A stretch of DNA of 64,000 nucleotides from a virus (lineage: Duplodnaviria > Heunggongvirae > Uroviricota > Caudoviricetes). The position numbers and the translations under genes were made by a program. Below the pieces are notes generated by a model. It did no database searches. It saw only the letters and a list, made by a program, of their open reading frames with translations, and had not been told where the DNA came from. The stretch lies in the IMG/VR virus record IMGVR_UViG_3300015615_000629, positions 128,001 to 192,000 of that record, one strand, 5' to 3'. This document shows, one piece after another, positions 1 to 10,793 of this stretch (its first letter is position 1; every line of letters begins with the position of its first letter).

Positions 1-1616
1 GCTTTGTGTATAAAGTCGATTGCTGGCTGTAGGATTGTGCCACCTCTTCCCTTAACCTTTGCCCCAGCCCCCAATAGGACTTCTGGTACGATATATCCGC
101 CATCGTAATAGGTTGCATCGCAATAAACCATTCTAATTCGTTGAACATTACGAGAAATGCTATAATTCGCTATAGTGCCAAGGCATTCGGCAATCTGATG
201 CCGATCCATTGACATAGAAGTATCGAAAACAATTCCAAAGGTTCTTTCTTTCTCATATTGAGACGCTACACGGGCAGGACGGGGAATATCTGGCGTAGCA
301 AAACTTCTCCTACTTAATCGGGCATAGGTTCTACGCTTGGCAAGTGGCTGAAAATGTCCATCAAACCATTCTGCAAGTTTAACGTTCCAAGGCATAGGTG
401 GCCTTGATAAGGCTTTAATCTCTTCTTCAAGACCAGCAGGAATAAAACCACGACCTTCAGACTCGTGCAAATGATATCCATCAATTAAAGCATTTCTAAA
501 AAATTCATCCAAATCCATGCCTTCTGGAGTCTGCCACCAGTCACGGTCGTCTAGCATATCTCCAAGATGTCCGCGTAACGTCAACATTCTCTTGTATCTT
601 GAATCTCCAATAATCTTATCGTAAATTTCCTCGGCAGAAAGCCCATCAAAAGCCCTATCATAACAACCACCACGGATAAAAGTGCCCACTTTCATATCAA
701 CCAGCCAAGCATTAATCAGGAAATCACAAGCAATATTCCAAACATAAGGGTCTCTGCCTTCACGGCGAGCAATATGTCTTAGAGCCACATGAAGTAATTC
801 GTGTGCCATTAAGAACTTACGTTCTTCCATTGTTAGTGGATAATTAGGATTTACATAAATTTCCTTTAGTTCGGCACTAACGGCACCAGTGGTGATTTGT
901 AATCTTCGGCAAATATCTCTATCTTCAACAATTTTAAAAGCGGCGGCCAGAATGGCTAAAAGTGGAAAGTTATTCTCAAACCATTCTAGGGCCTCTATGT
1001 TGGCACTTTTGATTGGAGTTTTATCCCCGAAGCCAGCAATACGGCCGCCAGCGATTGAAATAGATTGACTAACAGCAGCCGATATTCCTTGGGCGAAGAT
1101 TTCCGACCATTTGTATTTTCTGCCAAGCCATTTAATATTTTTAACAAATCTAAAATCTACATGTTTATAGCTGGTTGTCAGATTCGTGCAAATATCAGGA
1201 ATGCCATGATTGGCGAAATGTTCATATAATTGTTCTTCATTTCCCCTTGGGATCAATTCAGCATTTACCCGCATTTGGGCAGGAGGCGTTCCTAAATCAA
1301 TATCATTTAGGAATCTAGCGATAACGCAATGGCAGGCAGCAGCCCAGGCATCAGGAATTGCTTTTTCTTTAAAATGCTCAAAGCAGAGGTGAAGGACACA
1401 ATGGCCGAAAACGTAGAGCCATTCATTTGGCTCAAGACGTTTGTTCATATCAACATAAATAACATCGTTGCTCGCAGGTTCAGCAATTCCGCCACTTAAA
1501 TCCATATCCTCGAAACGAACATAGTTCATAAAATAAAACAAAAAAGGTTCCGAAGACGCCTTTTGGATGGCATCTTGAAACCTTTTTTTAGCAATATCAC
1601 TAACTTTTCTTTTCAT
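1..1616 (-). CDS. DUF2201-type metallopeptidase/VWA protein (3' end runs off window; not in ORF track)
   Basis: Manual translation from ATG at 1616 (MKRKVSDIAKK...) stays open to the window edge. Contains HELLH (HExxH) and a MIDAS-like DTSMS...GRGGT. Lies next to a MoxR-like ATPase. Confidence 0.85.
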   Translation of the reverse strand, partial: MKRKVSDIAKKRFQDAIQKASSEPFLFYFMNYVRFEDMDLSGGIAEPASNDVIYVDMNKRLEPNEWLYVFGHCVLHLCFEHFKEKAIPDAWAAACHCVIARFLNDIDLGTPPAQMRVNAELIPRGNEEQLYEHFANHGIPDICTNLTTSYKHVDFRFVKNIKWLGRKYKWSEIFAQGISAAVSQSISIAGGRIAGFGDKTPIKSANIEALEWFENNFPLLAILAAAFKIVEDRDICRRLQITTGAVSAELKEIYVNPNYPLTMEERKFLMAHELLHVALRHIARREGRDPYVWNIACDFLINAWLVDMKVGTFIRGGCYDRAFDGLSAEEIYDKIIGDSRYKRMLTLRGHLGDMLDDRDWWQTPEGMDLDEFFRNALIDGYHLHESEGRGFIPAGLEEEIKALSRPPMPWNVKLAEWFDGHFQPLAKRRTYARLSRRSFATPDIPRPARVASQYEKERTFGIVFDTSMSMDRHQIAECLGTIANYSISRNVQRIRMVYCDATYYDGGYIVPEVLLGAGAKVKGRGGTILQPAIDFIHK

Positions 1617-2664
1617 TTTTCTTTTTTCCCAATCTTGGCATATCCCGAAATATTTCGGTCAAAAACCAAGTCGGCAACAGTCTCTCGTGTTTGTTTGATA
1701 CAAAAATCTGTGCCAATTCAAAATTCGTATCAACTAATTGTCTAAGCAGACGTTTTGAATTATGAGCAAACTCTTTTTGTTCGGTATTGAGTCTAGAGCC
1801 ATCGGCTGGGAGATCGTGAATAACTCTTTCTCTAAAAGCATCGACAAGCCAATGTAAGACATCCAATTCAGCAGGTTCACTTGGCCAACGGCGTTCGCCA
1901 GCAATCAAATCACGCAACATTTTTTCTGGATCGTGGAATTTGCCAAAAGCCGAGAAGCCTTTGGCGTGAATCGCACTTAAATTCGCACTGGCAATAACCG
2001 AAATGTACTCTGGAGTGATGATTTTTCTAGCCTTAAGACAATCACTGACCATATGCCAACTACGTGGCGTAGAATAAGGTTCTTCGGTAGCAGGTGGTTC
2101 AGAATGCAGATGAGATGGTTTTGATTTAATATAATCAAATACAAGTCTGTGGATGCTGTTTGTTCCTGCCCAATCGAGCCATTCTTTAGGGCTAACTTTC
2201 AACCCAATATGAACCATTCGGTTAATAAGGGCAGAACCCATTGGCTTGACCAAAGCGGTATCAGAAGCCCTATTACCAGCCCCGATTACAATAGAACCGG
2301 CCGGCATTCTATATTCACCAACTCGGCGGTCGTGAATTAGGCTATAAAAAGACTTTTGAACATCGAATTCACTAGCATTAAGTTCGTCCAAGAAGAGACA
2401 ATAAGGATTGTCTCGGGCGATCATGCTAGGAGGATAGAATTTGGTATATTTATCATCAATTTTGGGGCAGCCGATAAGGTCTTCGGCGGCAATTTGGCTA
2501 CCCAAAAGGGTAACGCATTCCATGCCAACGCTTTTAGCAAAAAGTTCTACTAAAGCGGATTTGCCGATTCCTGGCGGACCCCAAATGAAAACCGGACGTA
2601 CAGGGGCTACGTCCAGTAATATCTCCATTAGTTCGCTTGGCGGTACTGCTTTTATGTTACGCAC
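1600..2664 (-). CDS. MoxR-like AAA+ ATPase
   Basis: Walker A GPPGIGKS, Walker B LFLDELN, GAGNR, TPRSW; the usual partner of DUF2201/VWA proteins. Confidence 0.9.
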   Translation of the reverse strand: MRNIKAVPPSELMEILLDVAPVRPVFIWGPPGIGKSALVELFAKSVGMECVTLLGSQIAAEDLIGCPKIDDKYTKFYPPSMIARDNPYCLFLDELNASEFDVQKSFYSLIHDRRVGEYRMPAGSIVIGAGNRASDTALVKPMGSALINRMVHIGLKVSPKEWLDWAGTNSIHRLVFDYIKSKPSHLHSEPPATEEPYSTPRSWHMVSDCLKARKIITPEYISVIASANLSAIHAKGFSAFGKFHDPEKMLRDLIAGERRWPSEPAELDVLHWLVDAFRERVIHDLPADGSRLNTEQKEFAHNSKRLLRQLVDTNFELAQIFVSNKHERLLPTWFLTEIFRDMPRLGKKKNEKKS

Positions 2665-3319
2665 TGAACATCTTTTCTAATTCGTTTGCTTCGTCTTGGC
2701 TTTCGAAAAACCTAAAGAAAAGAACCAAATATTCTTGCATTTGGCAAGCAATAAAGAACTGTTTCACTTCCTTAACAGCACTTGGGCTTTGATTCTCCAT
2801 AATGTCAGAAGACACAACCTTATAGCCTGTAGTGCCTTCCATTATCGGAGTCATGCCTTCCATCTTGGCAGTATTCTCGTCGCCCCGATGTAGACTTAAC
2901 ATAGTTAAAGCCTCATCGCTCAGAGAAAGTCGTTTAATCAATTCTTGTGAGAAGTCAGCAAAGAGAAGGCTCATTGCTTTATTTCGATTAATGATTTCAG
3001 TAAAATACTTAGTGTGACGCTCCCGGCCGCCGTGTTTCTCTTGTTGGGCGGATTCGAGAACAGATGAAATAGTATCTGTCGATACAATTGGAGCTTCGCC
3101 CTCTAAAAGGACCGCATAAATACGAATACAATAATCCAAGTATAGGTTTACGAAACTCATTTGGATGTCAAGGCTTTGTAGAAAGAAATTAGAAGTTTCA
3201 TGCATGAAAGCAAGAACTTTTTCATTATCTTTCATAAGAGCCTCTAGGGAATATTTGACATCTGAAGCGTTTAACTTGAGAATCTTTGTCACAGAATCAA
3301 TTGTTACCTGCGGAAACAT
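2657..3319 (-). CDS. hypothetical protein
   Basis: 220-aa ORF packed against both neighbours. Confidence 0.6.
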   Translation of the reverse strand: MFPQVTIDSVTKILKLNASDVKYSLEALMKDNEKVLAFMHETSNFFLQSLDIQMSFVNLYLDYCIRIYAVLLEGEAPIVSTDTISSVLESAQQEKHGGRERHTKYFTEIINRNKAMSLLFADFSQELIKRLSLSDEALTMLSLHRGDENTAKMEGMTPIMEGTTGYKVVSSDIMENQSPSAVKEVKQFFIACQMQEYLVLFFRFFESQDEANELEKMFSA

Positions 3320-3320
3320 C

Positions 3321-3623
3321 CTATTCCTTCTGGTTAGATTGCCATTTTTTAAGTTTTCGCTTCAAAATCTTCGGCAACGACTCTAAATCGCCGCCGCAGC
3401 CGACATACAAAGCCAACGACATAATCAACAAATCAACCGCCTCAGACAAGGCTGGTTCGTCTAAGGTTTTATGTTTGTTGCCATAAACCTTTTCTTCTAC
3501 CTTAATCGCTCTGCCAAGTTCTCCAAACTCTTCGCCAGCACTTAAGTATAATTCCGCTATGGATTTATACTTAAGGTCTTTTTTGGTAAGTTCTTGTATT
3601 TTCTTAAGAAGTTTCTTATTCAT
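3321..3623 (-). CDS. MazG-like NTP pyrophosphohydrolase
   Basis: EEFGEL...EAVD acidic motif in a small helical protein. Confidence 0.7.
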   Translation of the reverse strand: MNKKLLKKIQELTKKDLKYKSIAELYLSAGEEFGELGRAIKVEEKVYGNKHKTLDEPALSEAVDLLIMSLALYVGCGGDLESLPKILKRKLKKWQSNQKE

Positions 3624-3637
3624 TGTCTAAATAAGAC

Positions 3638-3841
3638 ATGGCGTTAAAGAGTTTTGAACAATGGTTACAGGAACGTGGAATTAGGACTGCGTTGGGCATC
3701 TATCCGCCCGCTTATGGCGTTGGTCAATACCCAAGTCTTTATTTTATGCCAATTTCTGCTTCTGCTGGATTTTCTTTGACAGCGATTCACCACAAAGAAG
3801 ACAAGCCAAAAAAGAAGAAAAAGAAGAAATCTAAAGAGTAG
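3638..3841 (+). CDS. small basic protein, putative head-packaged
   Basis: TAAATA 4 nt before ATG; N-terminus KSFEQWLQE; poly-Lys tail. Confidence 0.6.
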   Translation: MALKSFEQWLQERGIRTALGIYPPAYGVGQYPSLYFMPISASAGFSLTAIHHKEDKPKKKKKKKSKE

Positions 3842-4083
3842 TATATTTCAGTTTTTGGCTTTTGTCAACTAGGCGGATTACCCCTTTTACTTCTTCCACA
3901 CGAACGTTAAAGAAGGATTCATAAGGCTTTGTGGCTCTTTGAACCGCTGTGGCTTGGTTGGGAGCCTTTAGGATAATGAGATGTTCGTCTTTTGAGATGT
4001 TCAATCTGACGACAAATAGTTTTTCCTTGATGACCACGATTTGGGTTTTGGTTGGAAACAATTTGGATAATATTTTCAGCATA

Positions 4084-4551
4084 TCAGTTCCAATACAACT
4101 CAAAAGGGTCTAATCGGCACGAAAACGGACTAATAGGTAACTGGCCGCATTTTAGTTTGTTAAAACTTTTCGGATTAAGGCTATGAAACTTTGAGTTCCA
4201 AAAAAAGTTTATTGTTTCTAATGCAGTTGTCTCGTAACTGCCATCGTCTGCCATTTTGAATGGAAAACTAAATCCCAGACAAACATATCCATGATTGGAA
4301 ATTTGTGGAAGATCGATAGTTCGCCAAAACAACCAGGGTTTTACAAAAACTTTTAAAGCGAACGGATAAGGGCCGGTATCTCGTTGACCAAATTTTACCA
4401 CAAATAATGTTTTTGGCCATTTTACATAAAAAGACTCTATTTCTCTGCCAGTCCAAGCCAATACAGTCCTATATTGAGCAGGCATTACCAATGATGCAAC
4501 AATCGATCTATGTGGATAACAACCTACTTGTTTAATTTTGACAGTAGCCAT
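4084..4551 (-). CDS. prokaryotic E2-like protein (paralog 1)
   Basis: PAQYRTV, YVKWPKTLF, LPQISNHGYVCLG, FFWNSKF; same motif series as 15079-15852. Confidence 0.7.
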   Translation of the reverse strand: MATVKIKQVGCYPHRSIVASLVMPAQYRTVLAWTGREIESFYVKWPKTLFVVKFGQRDTGPYPFALKVFVKPWLFWRTIDLPQISNHGYVCLGFSFPFKMADDGSYETTALETINFFWNSKFHSLNPKSFNKLKCGQLPISPFSCRLDPFELYWN

Positions 4552-4954
4552 CAGGGTTGATTTTTGATTCTATGCATCCAAAAAAAGAATGAAGAAATAC
4601 AAAAAGTTAGGGAAACAATGCTTAAAACAACCACCACATATTCAGGTGTCGGAAATATGTTGAAAATTCTTAGACTAGCGATCACAAGCACAACAATGTT
4701 AACCAGCAGACAAAGTCCAAATAATATTTCTTCGATTTTAGGCATTGTCTTCGCAAACCTTTTTGGCTAATTTTAAGGTTGGGAGCCTATCTTTTAGAAT
4801 AAACCATGCTGGTCTGGTTCTGCCACGGTTGATAAGGGTTCTATAAAACATCTTAACCGGTTTGTTGTTCATTTTGTCAATCTCCATAATGCGGAATTGA
4901 CCATTCGTACTCTCAAGTATTCTAAAGCCATCTGGAGTAAAATTCCAGTTACTT

Positions 4955-5290
4955 TCACCTATTTTCTTTGCTCGAAAGACCAGTGCCACGGATTTCCCTT
5001 ATCTTTTCTAGAAGGTCGTCAATCTCTTGTTCAATTTCAGGTGGTGCTTTAAACCTTCCTACCAATGCTAAATCTTGGGCTCTATCATAATCGCCAGCCT
5101 CAAACGCAAGGGAGGCAGCACTTCTAAAAAGAACGGATCTAGTTGGCTGTTCTTCGGTCTGTTTGGCGGCTTCATGTTCTAATTCCGACGCCGCCATAAA
5201 CAAATTGATTTTCAAATAAAGATTAAACTTACATCTGTCTGCTATTTCAGCAACGGCCATTGCATCAAGATGAAGTTGAAGTATGTTCAT
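4955..5290 (-). CDS. helical (TPR-like) hypothetical protein
   Basis: Ala-rich helical ORF (PTRSVLFRSAASLA) in operon. Confidence 0.5.
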   Translation of the reverse strand: MNILQLHLDAMAVAEIADRCKFNLYLKINLFMAASELEHEAAKQTEEQPTRSVLFRSAASLAFEAGDYDRAQDLALVGRFKAPPEIEQEIDDLLEKIREIRGTGLSSKENR

Positions 5291-5645
5291 TTATCTTTTC
5301 CTCCCAAACTTTGTCTTCAGGAGAAACTTTGTTTGTCTCTTTCAACCAACAGCCTGAAAAACCATCGTGGCTTACCAATTTAAACCCCATTTTTGGCAAA
5401 CCATTACCTAATTGTTCGCAAGCATTTTCGATATAAATGGACAAGTTATATTTCTCAATACGCTTAATTAACTCTTTAAATAACCCTTGTCCTGTTTTTA
5501 ATGCTTCCACCGACGCTATTTGAATGCAATTAATCTTCTTTTCGCCAATGTAGATTCTACCCTTTCGGACATAGAGAGTGGAGAATCCAGGCTCATTTAA
5601 GTGGTGATTGCGAAAACCAGATTCCATGAATTCGTCGAAAGTCAT
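5265..5645 (-). CDS. GNAT-like acetyltransferase
   Basis: IASVEA..TGQGLF and KMGF motifs; start moved to ATG 5645, 6 nt below TGTGCTATAAT. Confidence 0.55.
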   Translation of the reverse strand: MTFDEFMESGFRNHHLNEPGFSTLYVRKGRIYIGEKKINCIQIASVEALKTGQGLFKELIKRIEKYNLSIYIENACEQLGNGLPKMGFKLVSHDGFSGCWLKETNKVSPEDKVWEEKINEHTSTSS

Positions 5646-5651
5646 GGACGT

Positions 5652-5662
5652 ATTATAGCACA
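5652..5662 (-). promoter_or_regulatory. extended -10 promoter TGTGCTATAAT (leaderless)
   Basis: Same motif recurs at 8469, 13343, 22598, 47683 and 54430. Confidence 0.65.
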
Positions 5663-5694
5663 GATGGCCGAAAAATCCTACTTGCCACAAGTGC

Positions 5695-6096
5695 TTAGTA
5701 CAATTGAAGATGGCCAGTTACTGGATCGATTTTACTGGCTTCGTGTGGCCCGATTGCCAAACAAGTATGGGTTGGTTCGCCAAACTCGGTCAACCCGCTA
5801 TCTTTGATAAGATGCACCTCTAAACCGGCCTTTTTGGCGTTCCGATAAACCTCAAGCAAGTCCTCCTCGGTCTGAACTTGCACACAGACTTTCTTGAAAT
5901 TACCTTCACACCATGCTATTTGTTCCGGAGTAAGGTTAATTGTGTGGGACTTGCCCTTCTTTGCTAGATTTCTAGTCAGAAAGGACATAGCCGCATGACA
6001 ACTTTGGGCAATTTCTTTACCTTTCCTCATTCCAATATTATCGCCCTTGGAATTTGTAAACTTACGTCTAACGACAATTACTTGCTTGATGTCCAT
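5695..6096 (-). CDS. pth2: peptidyl-tRNA hydrolase, Pth2 family
   Basis: KQVIVVR, KGKEIAQSCHAA, DSGLTEF, TCLAIGP, IDPVTGHL. Confidence 0.9.
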   Translation of the reverse strand: MDIKQVIVVRRKFTNSKGDNIGMRKGKEIAQSCHAAMSFLTRNLAKKGKSHTINLTPEQIAWCEGNFKKVCVQVQTEEDLLEVYRNAKKAGLEVHLIKDSGLTEFGEPTHTCLAIGPHEASKIDPVTGHLQLY

Positions 6097-6428
6097 TAGG
6101 ATTCTTCAAGGCTACGCTGGCAAGCGATACATCTTGCAGCATGGGGTAGGGCTTGCAACCGAGTAACGGAAATCGGTTTTTCACAATCTTCGCAAATGCC
6201 ATAAGTTCCATTATCAATGCGTTCTAAGGCATCAATAATCTTCTTTAATTCTTCCCGTTCTACCTCATCGAGCATGGAATCAATATCATCTTGCTCTTCC
6301 AGCGAGGCAGAATCAGCATAATCTTCACCGTCTTTATTGCGGCCTCGAAGGCTATTTGATTTATTTGCAAGAACCTGTAAAAGGTCTGATTTTCGCTCAA
6401 GGAGTGATTTTTTAATTTCTTTATGCAT
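6096..6428 (-). CDS. DksA/TraR C4 zinc-finger protein
   Basis: DYADSA coiled-coil tip; ALERIDNGTYGICEDC...RLQALPHAARCIAC. Confidence 0.9.
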   Translation of the reverse strand: MHKEIKKSLLERKSDLLQVLANKSNSLRGRNKDGEDYADSASLEEQDDIDSMLDEVEREELKKIIDALERIDNGTYGICEDCEKPISVTRLQALPHAARCIACQRSLEES

Positions 6429-8468
6429 TTTTATTTTTCTCAGGAAAAAGCCAAGATAGTAAAACTAATGAACCAGCGAAGGAAAAGCCAATTCCGGCAC
6501 CAATCCAGGGATGAGCCGGCCACATCACGGAACACATATAGGACCAACCCACTACCAGAAAAATATCCCAAAACAAAGCTTTCATTTTTTATCCTTAAAG
6601 TCAATTATATCATTTATTTTCTGGATTTCAAGTTCTTATTGTAAATTTGTAAAGGAATTTCAGGCTCTAGGACAAGGTGGCCATTATCCCAATCAAAGCC
6701 AACGCTCACATTGGTCAAATTAATGCCGTGTCGCATGCCGCCAAAGGCCCTGACTCTTAATTTGGAGTTACCTTCGGGGTCTATCTGTTTTGCTTTTTCG
6801 ATAAATTCGTTTAGTGTCATGTGTAATTTCTCCAGTTTTTACGTCGATAATAGTCGTAGAACATGGGCTAAAACAACTTAACAATATGGAAAATATGGTT
6901 TTAAGATAAATTTTCATTTGAAAACATATCCGGATGTAGTTCTAAGGCAGAAATAACTTCATTCAACGGAAGAATCTTTCTCTCAACTAACAATTCAACT
7001 ATGTTTGACATTTTCCTGCTAATGTCTTCTATCAAAGAAAGAGCTTCTGTCCCATCGTCAGAATAACCTCGATAAGCTCCCTGTAAGGTTTCATAAACAA
7101 GATGTTTAAGTTCTATTTCATTAGTCTCTAAAGACTTACAGCATAGTGGAACTTTGTAGTACGGCTCAGTCTTGAATTTGATTTTCATTTTTTCTCCAAA
7201 AGACATATACCGACATTAAAAAGAACATGATGCATATCTCGAATTGAACATATTCTTTTAATTTTTCACCGAAAACCTTAAAGCCGACTTGTAGTTGATC
7301 CGGTTGGAATATACCGACAAACAAACAAAAGGCGAAAATAAAGAGCATTAACATCGACGCCAAGGGCAACACAACTAGCAAAGTTACCGAGATATGGTGT
7401 TTTAGTAGTTCTAAAATCTTGTCTTTCATCTTGGGCCACCTTTTGGCATTGGGGGCGGAACTAAATTATATGTCACGCTCCAATAAAGTTTTGAACTCCA
7501 CACTTCCCAACGGGCGTGCTTATCATCTTCTTTCAATTTAACTACAAAGGAATAATCTGGACATTCTGCATAAGCCACAATACTTTTGTACTTTTTTTCA
7601 TATTCCGAATACTGTAATTCGTAGCACAATTTAGGGCGGGATTTAGCGAGTAACCCATCCCAATTAAGTTTAGGACTCGAAATAACAAACCATCTATCGT
7701 TTTTAAATACATATTGGTAATTTTCATCAGACGTAGCATAGGTTTCACCTTCAAAATATTTCCTATCAACCCACGTGATGGAGGTTGGGTATCGAAAATA
7801 TGCAAAGATTGCCGCCGTCGATAAAACTAAAACCATTAACAGAACTAAAAAAGATGCTTTCATCATTCAGCCCTGTTCGACAACAAGATAATAGAGCCGC
7901 CTACAGCAAAACCAAATCCTAAAATCAGCAGTATTGCAAATATAATTGTGTTATCCATAACGATGGTTGCATAGACGACAAAAAACACCGAATAACCGTA
8001 GACTGTATAACCAAATTCTCTTAATCTACGTTTTTCCTCTGTTCGGTATAAAGAATATAACCCAATAGTGGATATAAAAATACAACCTACCCCAACCAAC
8101 ACTGCGAATAGGGCCATTATAACTTCCTATTAATAACGTTTTCTAGAACTTGAGCGTGCAATTCATTCTCAACAACACGCCTTACCAGAATAATGGCATC
8201 TGATTGCCAGTTGTCTCGTTTATCAAATTCTATAAAATAAAGCCGTTTTGAATTCTCGCCAATACCAAAGCAGTATGGGCGTGAATTCACTGAAGTCGTA
8301 TGGATTGCCACCTTTTCGCGGCATTCATCCAAATAGGTAAATCTCAATACATTGCGTTGTTCAACGTATTCAGGAATATCATACGGAGAGGGCGAAATGG
8401 TAACGTTTTCGCCCTGTTTATAGGAAACGGAGACTTCAGATGCATTAACCATCGTTCGCATTCAAGCC

Positions 8469-8479
8469 ATTCTAGCACA
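8469..8479 (-). promoter_or_regulatory. extended -10 promoter TGTGCTAGAAT
   Basis: 7 nt above the ATG at 8461. Confidence 0.6.
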
Positions 8480-8489
8480 ATGTCTTGAG

Positions 8490-9032
8490 TTAGCAATTGT
8501 GGTTTTTCCAATTCTTAGGAGAGACCTTTTTAAGAGAATTGGTAGGATTTAAATATGTCTTCAAACACGCTCCGTAATCGTTTATATCTAACTTGCTTTC
8601 CTTCTTGAAGTTATTACTACGTAGATCATTATATGAATTTATAAATTCTTGTGAATAATATCCAATCCCCTCTGTTCCGTTTGGGTTCCAAAAACGTGAA
8701 TTCCAAAAGTAATCAATTATTATTTGAACATTTTCGTTTATATCCTTGTTAATTTCCCAAGATGGGAAATCTTCTCCCAAACAGACTTCTCGTTTTGCAA
8801 TTTGATTTGGTAAGGCTAATGGATATATGATTGAGTCGCATTGATGGCCTATGTATAATATATAATCCATATAAGGATAAAGAACATTTATAATAAATAT
8901 CATATCTGGCAGATATAATAAGTCTGCCGTATTATCTGTAAGTAGTATAGTCCTTCGATGAGATGGCAGTTCTACCGTAACGTATTTTGTGCGGTTCATC
9001 ATTCCTTCGCCAACAAAACAGTTGATCTTCAT
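8490..9032 (-). CDS. prokaryotic E2-like protein (paralog 2)
   Basis: PSHRRTI, LYLPDMIF, LPNQIAKREVCLG, YFWNSRF; start moved to ATG 9032 to avoid overlapping the divergent gene. Confidence 0.7.
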   Translation of the reverse strand: MKINCFVGEGMMNRTKYVTVELPSHRRTILLTDNTADLLYLPDMIFIINVLYPYMDYILYIGHQCDSIIYPLALPNQIAKREVCLGEDFPSWEINKDINENVQIIIDYFWNSRFWNPNGTEGIGYYSQEFINSYNDLRSNNFKKESKLDINDYGACLKTYLNPTNSLKKVSPKNWKNHNC

Positions 9033-9054
9033 TTTAATAACCTTAAATAAAGGT

Positions 9055-10026
9055 ATGAATGACACACAATTAATTACCGCACTTGCGGCAATCAAGCCGC
9101 TGACAAAACCGCATCATTCTGTCCATCTCTTAAACACGCCGTTGTTTGGAGCCGACAAGAAAGATATTTTATCACATTATGTGAGAATTACAAAATCTTT
9201 TCCTGTTTCGGTTGAATGGCCAAAACAAATTCAAATCGACTTAGGTGCTCCACTTTGTAAAGAGCATGGAGCGTCATTTTGCCTACATACAAATCCTTGG
9301 ATGAAAATGGAGGCAGCAGGAAAACGTGCCGACGATTGGGGAACAGAATTTGTTGCAGATATGACAAATTTTGATAAAAATCTTTCCACACTAAAAACAA
9401 ACATCAGTAAAACAAACATTCCAGTATCTACAATCTTGTTAGATTATGAATTGTGGACATTAAAAACAGATAAGGCTTCGGCAATGGACGCAAAAGCTTC
9501 TGTTATATTTTCCACAATAGCAAAATATTTTCCAGCCGCCGAAACTGTTATTTACGCTCGCGGCGGCGTCAATTACGACAACGCCAAAGGTTGGAGCAAT
9601 AATGAAGCTGGTTTCACCACCTTAAACGAACCTGGGGATTATTTTTCTCCAGACCTTTACTTCTTAACAGAAGTTTACTTAATGGAAGAAGTCTTCCGCC
9701 GTAATTTAAAAGCGGCATCTGAAAAGGGGTACAAAAAAGTTATTCCTTGGATTGCGCTAGGAGGAGCCGGAGTCAGAGACGGCATTAGTATCATTCAATG
9801 GACTACGCCACCGCACGACTATCCATTCGTAAATAGTTATAGAATGGGATTTGATATTAATTATAGTTGGGGTTGGCAATTCCCAGAAAGATTTGGCGAT
9901 TGGTCAAACGTACCTTGTGTTTGTTTCTGGCCGGCAGCGTTTGATCCAATGTGTCCAAATTGGGGCAAACATTTCTTGGCATATTGCCAAGGAGCCAATA
10001 GCGTTAAGATGTCAATTCCTGATTAA
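9055..10026 (+). CDS. hypothetical protein, probably late
   Basis: TAAATA (9044-9049) 5 nt before ATG 9055. Confidence 0.6.
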   Translation: MNDTQLITALAAIKPLTKPHHSVHLLNTPLFGADKKDILSHYVRITKSFPVSVEWPKQIQIDLGAPLCKEHGASFCLHTNPWMKMEAAGKRADDWGTEFVADMTNFDKNLSTLKTNISKTNIPVSTILLDYELWTLKTDKASAMDAKASVIFSTIAKYFPAAETVIYARGGVNYDNAKGWSNNEAGFTTLNEPGDYFSPDLYFLTEVYLMEEVFRRNLKAASEKGYKKVIPWIALGGAGVRDGISIIQWTTPPHDYPFVNSYRMGFDINYSWGWQFPERFGDWSNVPCVCFWPAAFDPMCPNWGKHFLAYCQGANSVKMSIPD

Positions 10027-10792
10027 CCAAATCAGCAAAAGAGACACGAGCACGTGCTGTGTCAACAACACGATGATTGTATAAAAATTTGACGGTCCAT
10101 TCAAGAACCTCAAAACTAGGATAGACAAGACGCATTTTATTCAGAAATGCGTCTTTATTTTTATCTGTGTCTAAAAACCAGCGGTCATTTTCCCCTCTTT
10201 CGTGTGGGGAAAGATCATATTCTTTTTCGAGAATTTTTACTTCTTCCTCGAAGGAAATTTTATCGGATTCTGGCGTGTCTGAATATCTTGTATTAAATTC
10301 ATGTACTCCAAAACGGAGTTGACAATTAAGAGACACATAATCAGCGTAATTTGCTTCGAAAGTGCTTTCTCCGAACCTTTCGTGGCAAACACCAGTTTCC
10401 GCAACCTTGATGCAAAAACCCTTTTTCAGAGCAGCCAATTTAGGCGGAATTATGTCGTTTGGACATGCCTTGGCCAAATCCGCTTCCATTTCACGAATTT
10501 TTTCATTCAAGGCCCGCATGTTTCTACAACGAGACTCTTCTTGAGCGGCCTTGTGGGTTTCAATATTAACTTGTTTACCGATTCTTTCTAGTTCATTTTC
10601 TGCTACAGATATCGCATTATAAGCCCTCTCCGTAGTTAGAGAATTCGATTTAATCAAATCAGATACAAATCGCAATGCTCCATAAATTTCAGATATGCTC
10701 TTGTTCATTACAGCGATTTTGTCGGCATTTAACTCTACCGGAGCATCAACCACATTTCGAACGCTGTATTCGATTTGAGTTGGCTTTGACAT
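10004..10792 (-). CDS. hypothetical coiled-coil protein
   Basis: 262-aa ORF in operon. Confidence 0.6.
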   Translation of the reverse strand: MSKPTQIEYSVRNVVDAPVELNADKIAVMNKSISEIYGALRFVSDLIKSNSLTTERAYNAISVAENELERIGKQVNIETHKAAQEESRCRNMRALNEKIREMEADLAKACPNDIIPPKLAALKKGFCIKVAETGVCHERFGESTFEANYADYVSLNCQLRFGVHEFNTRYSDTPESDKISFEEEVKILEKEYDLSPHERGENDRWFLDTDKNKDAFLNKMRLVYPSFEVLEWTVKFLYNHRVVDTARARVSFADLVNQELTS

Positions 10793-10793
10793 T

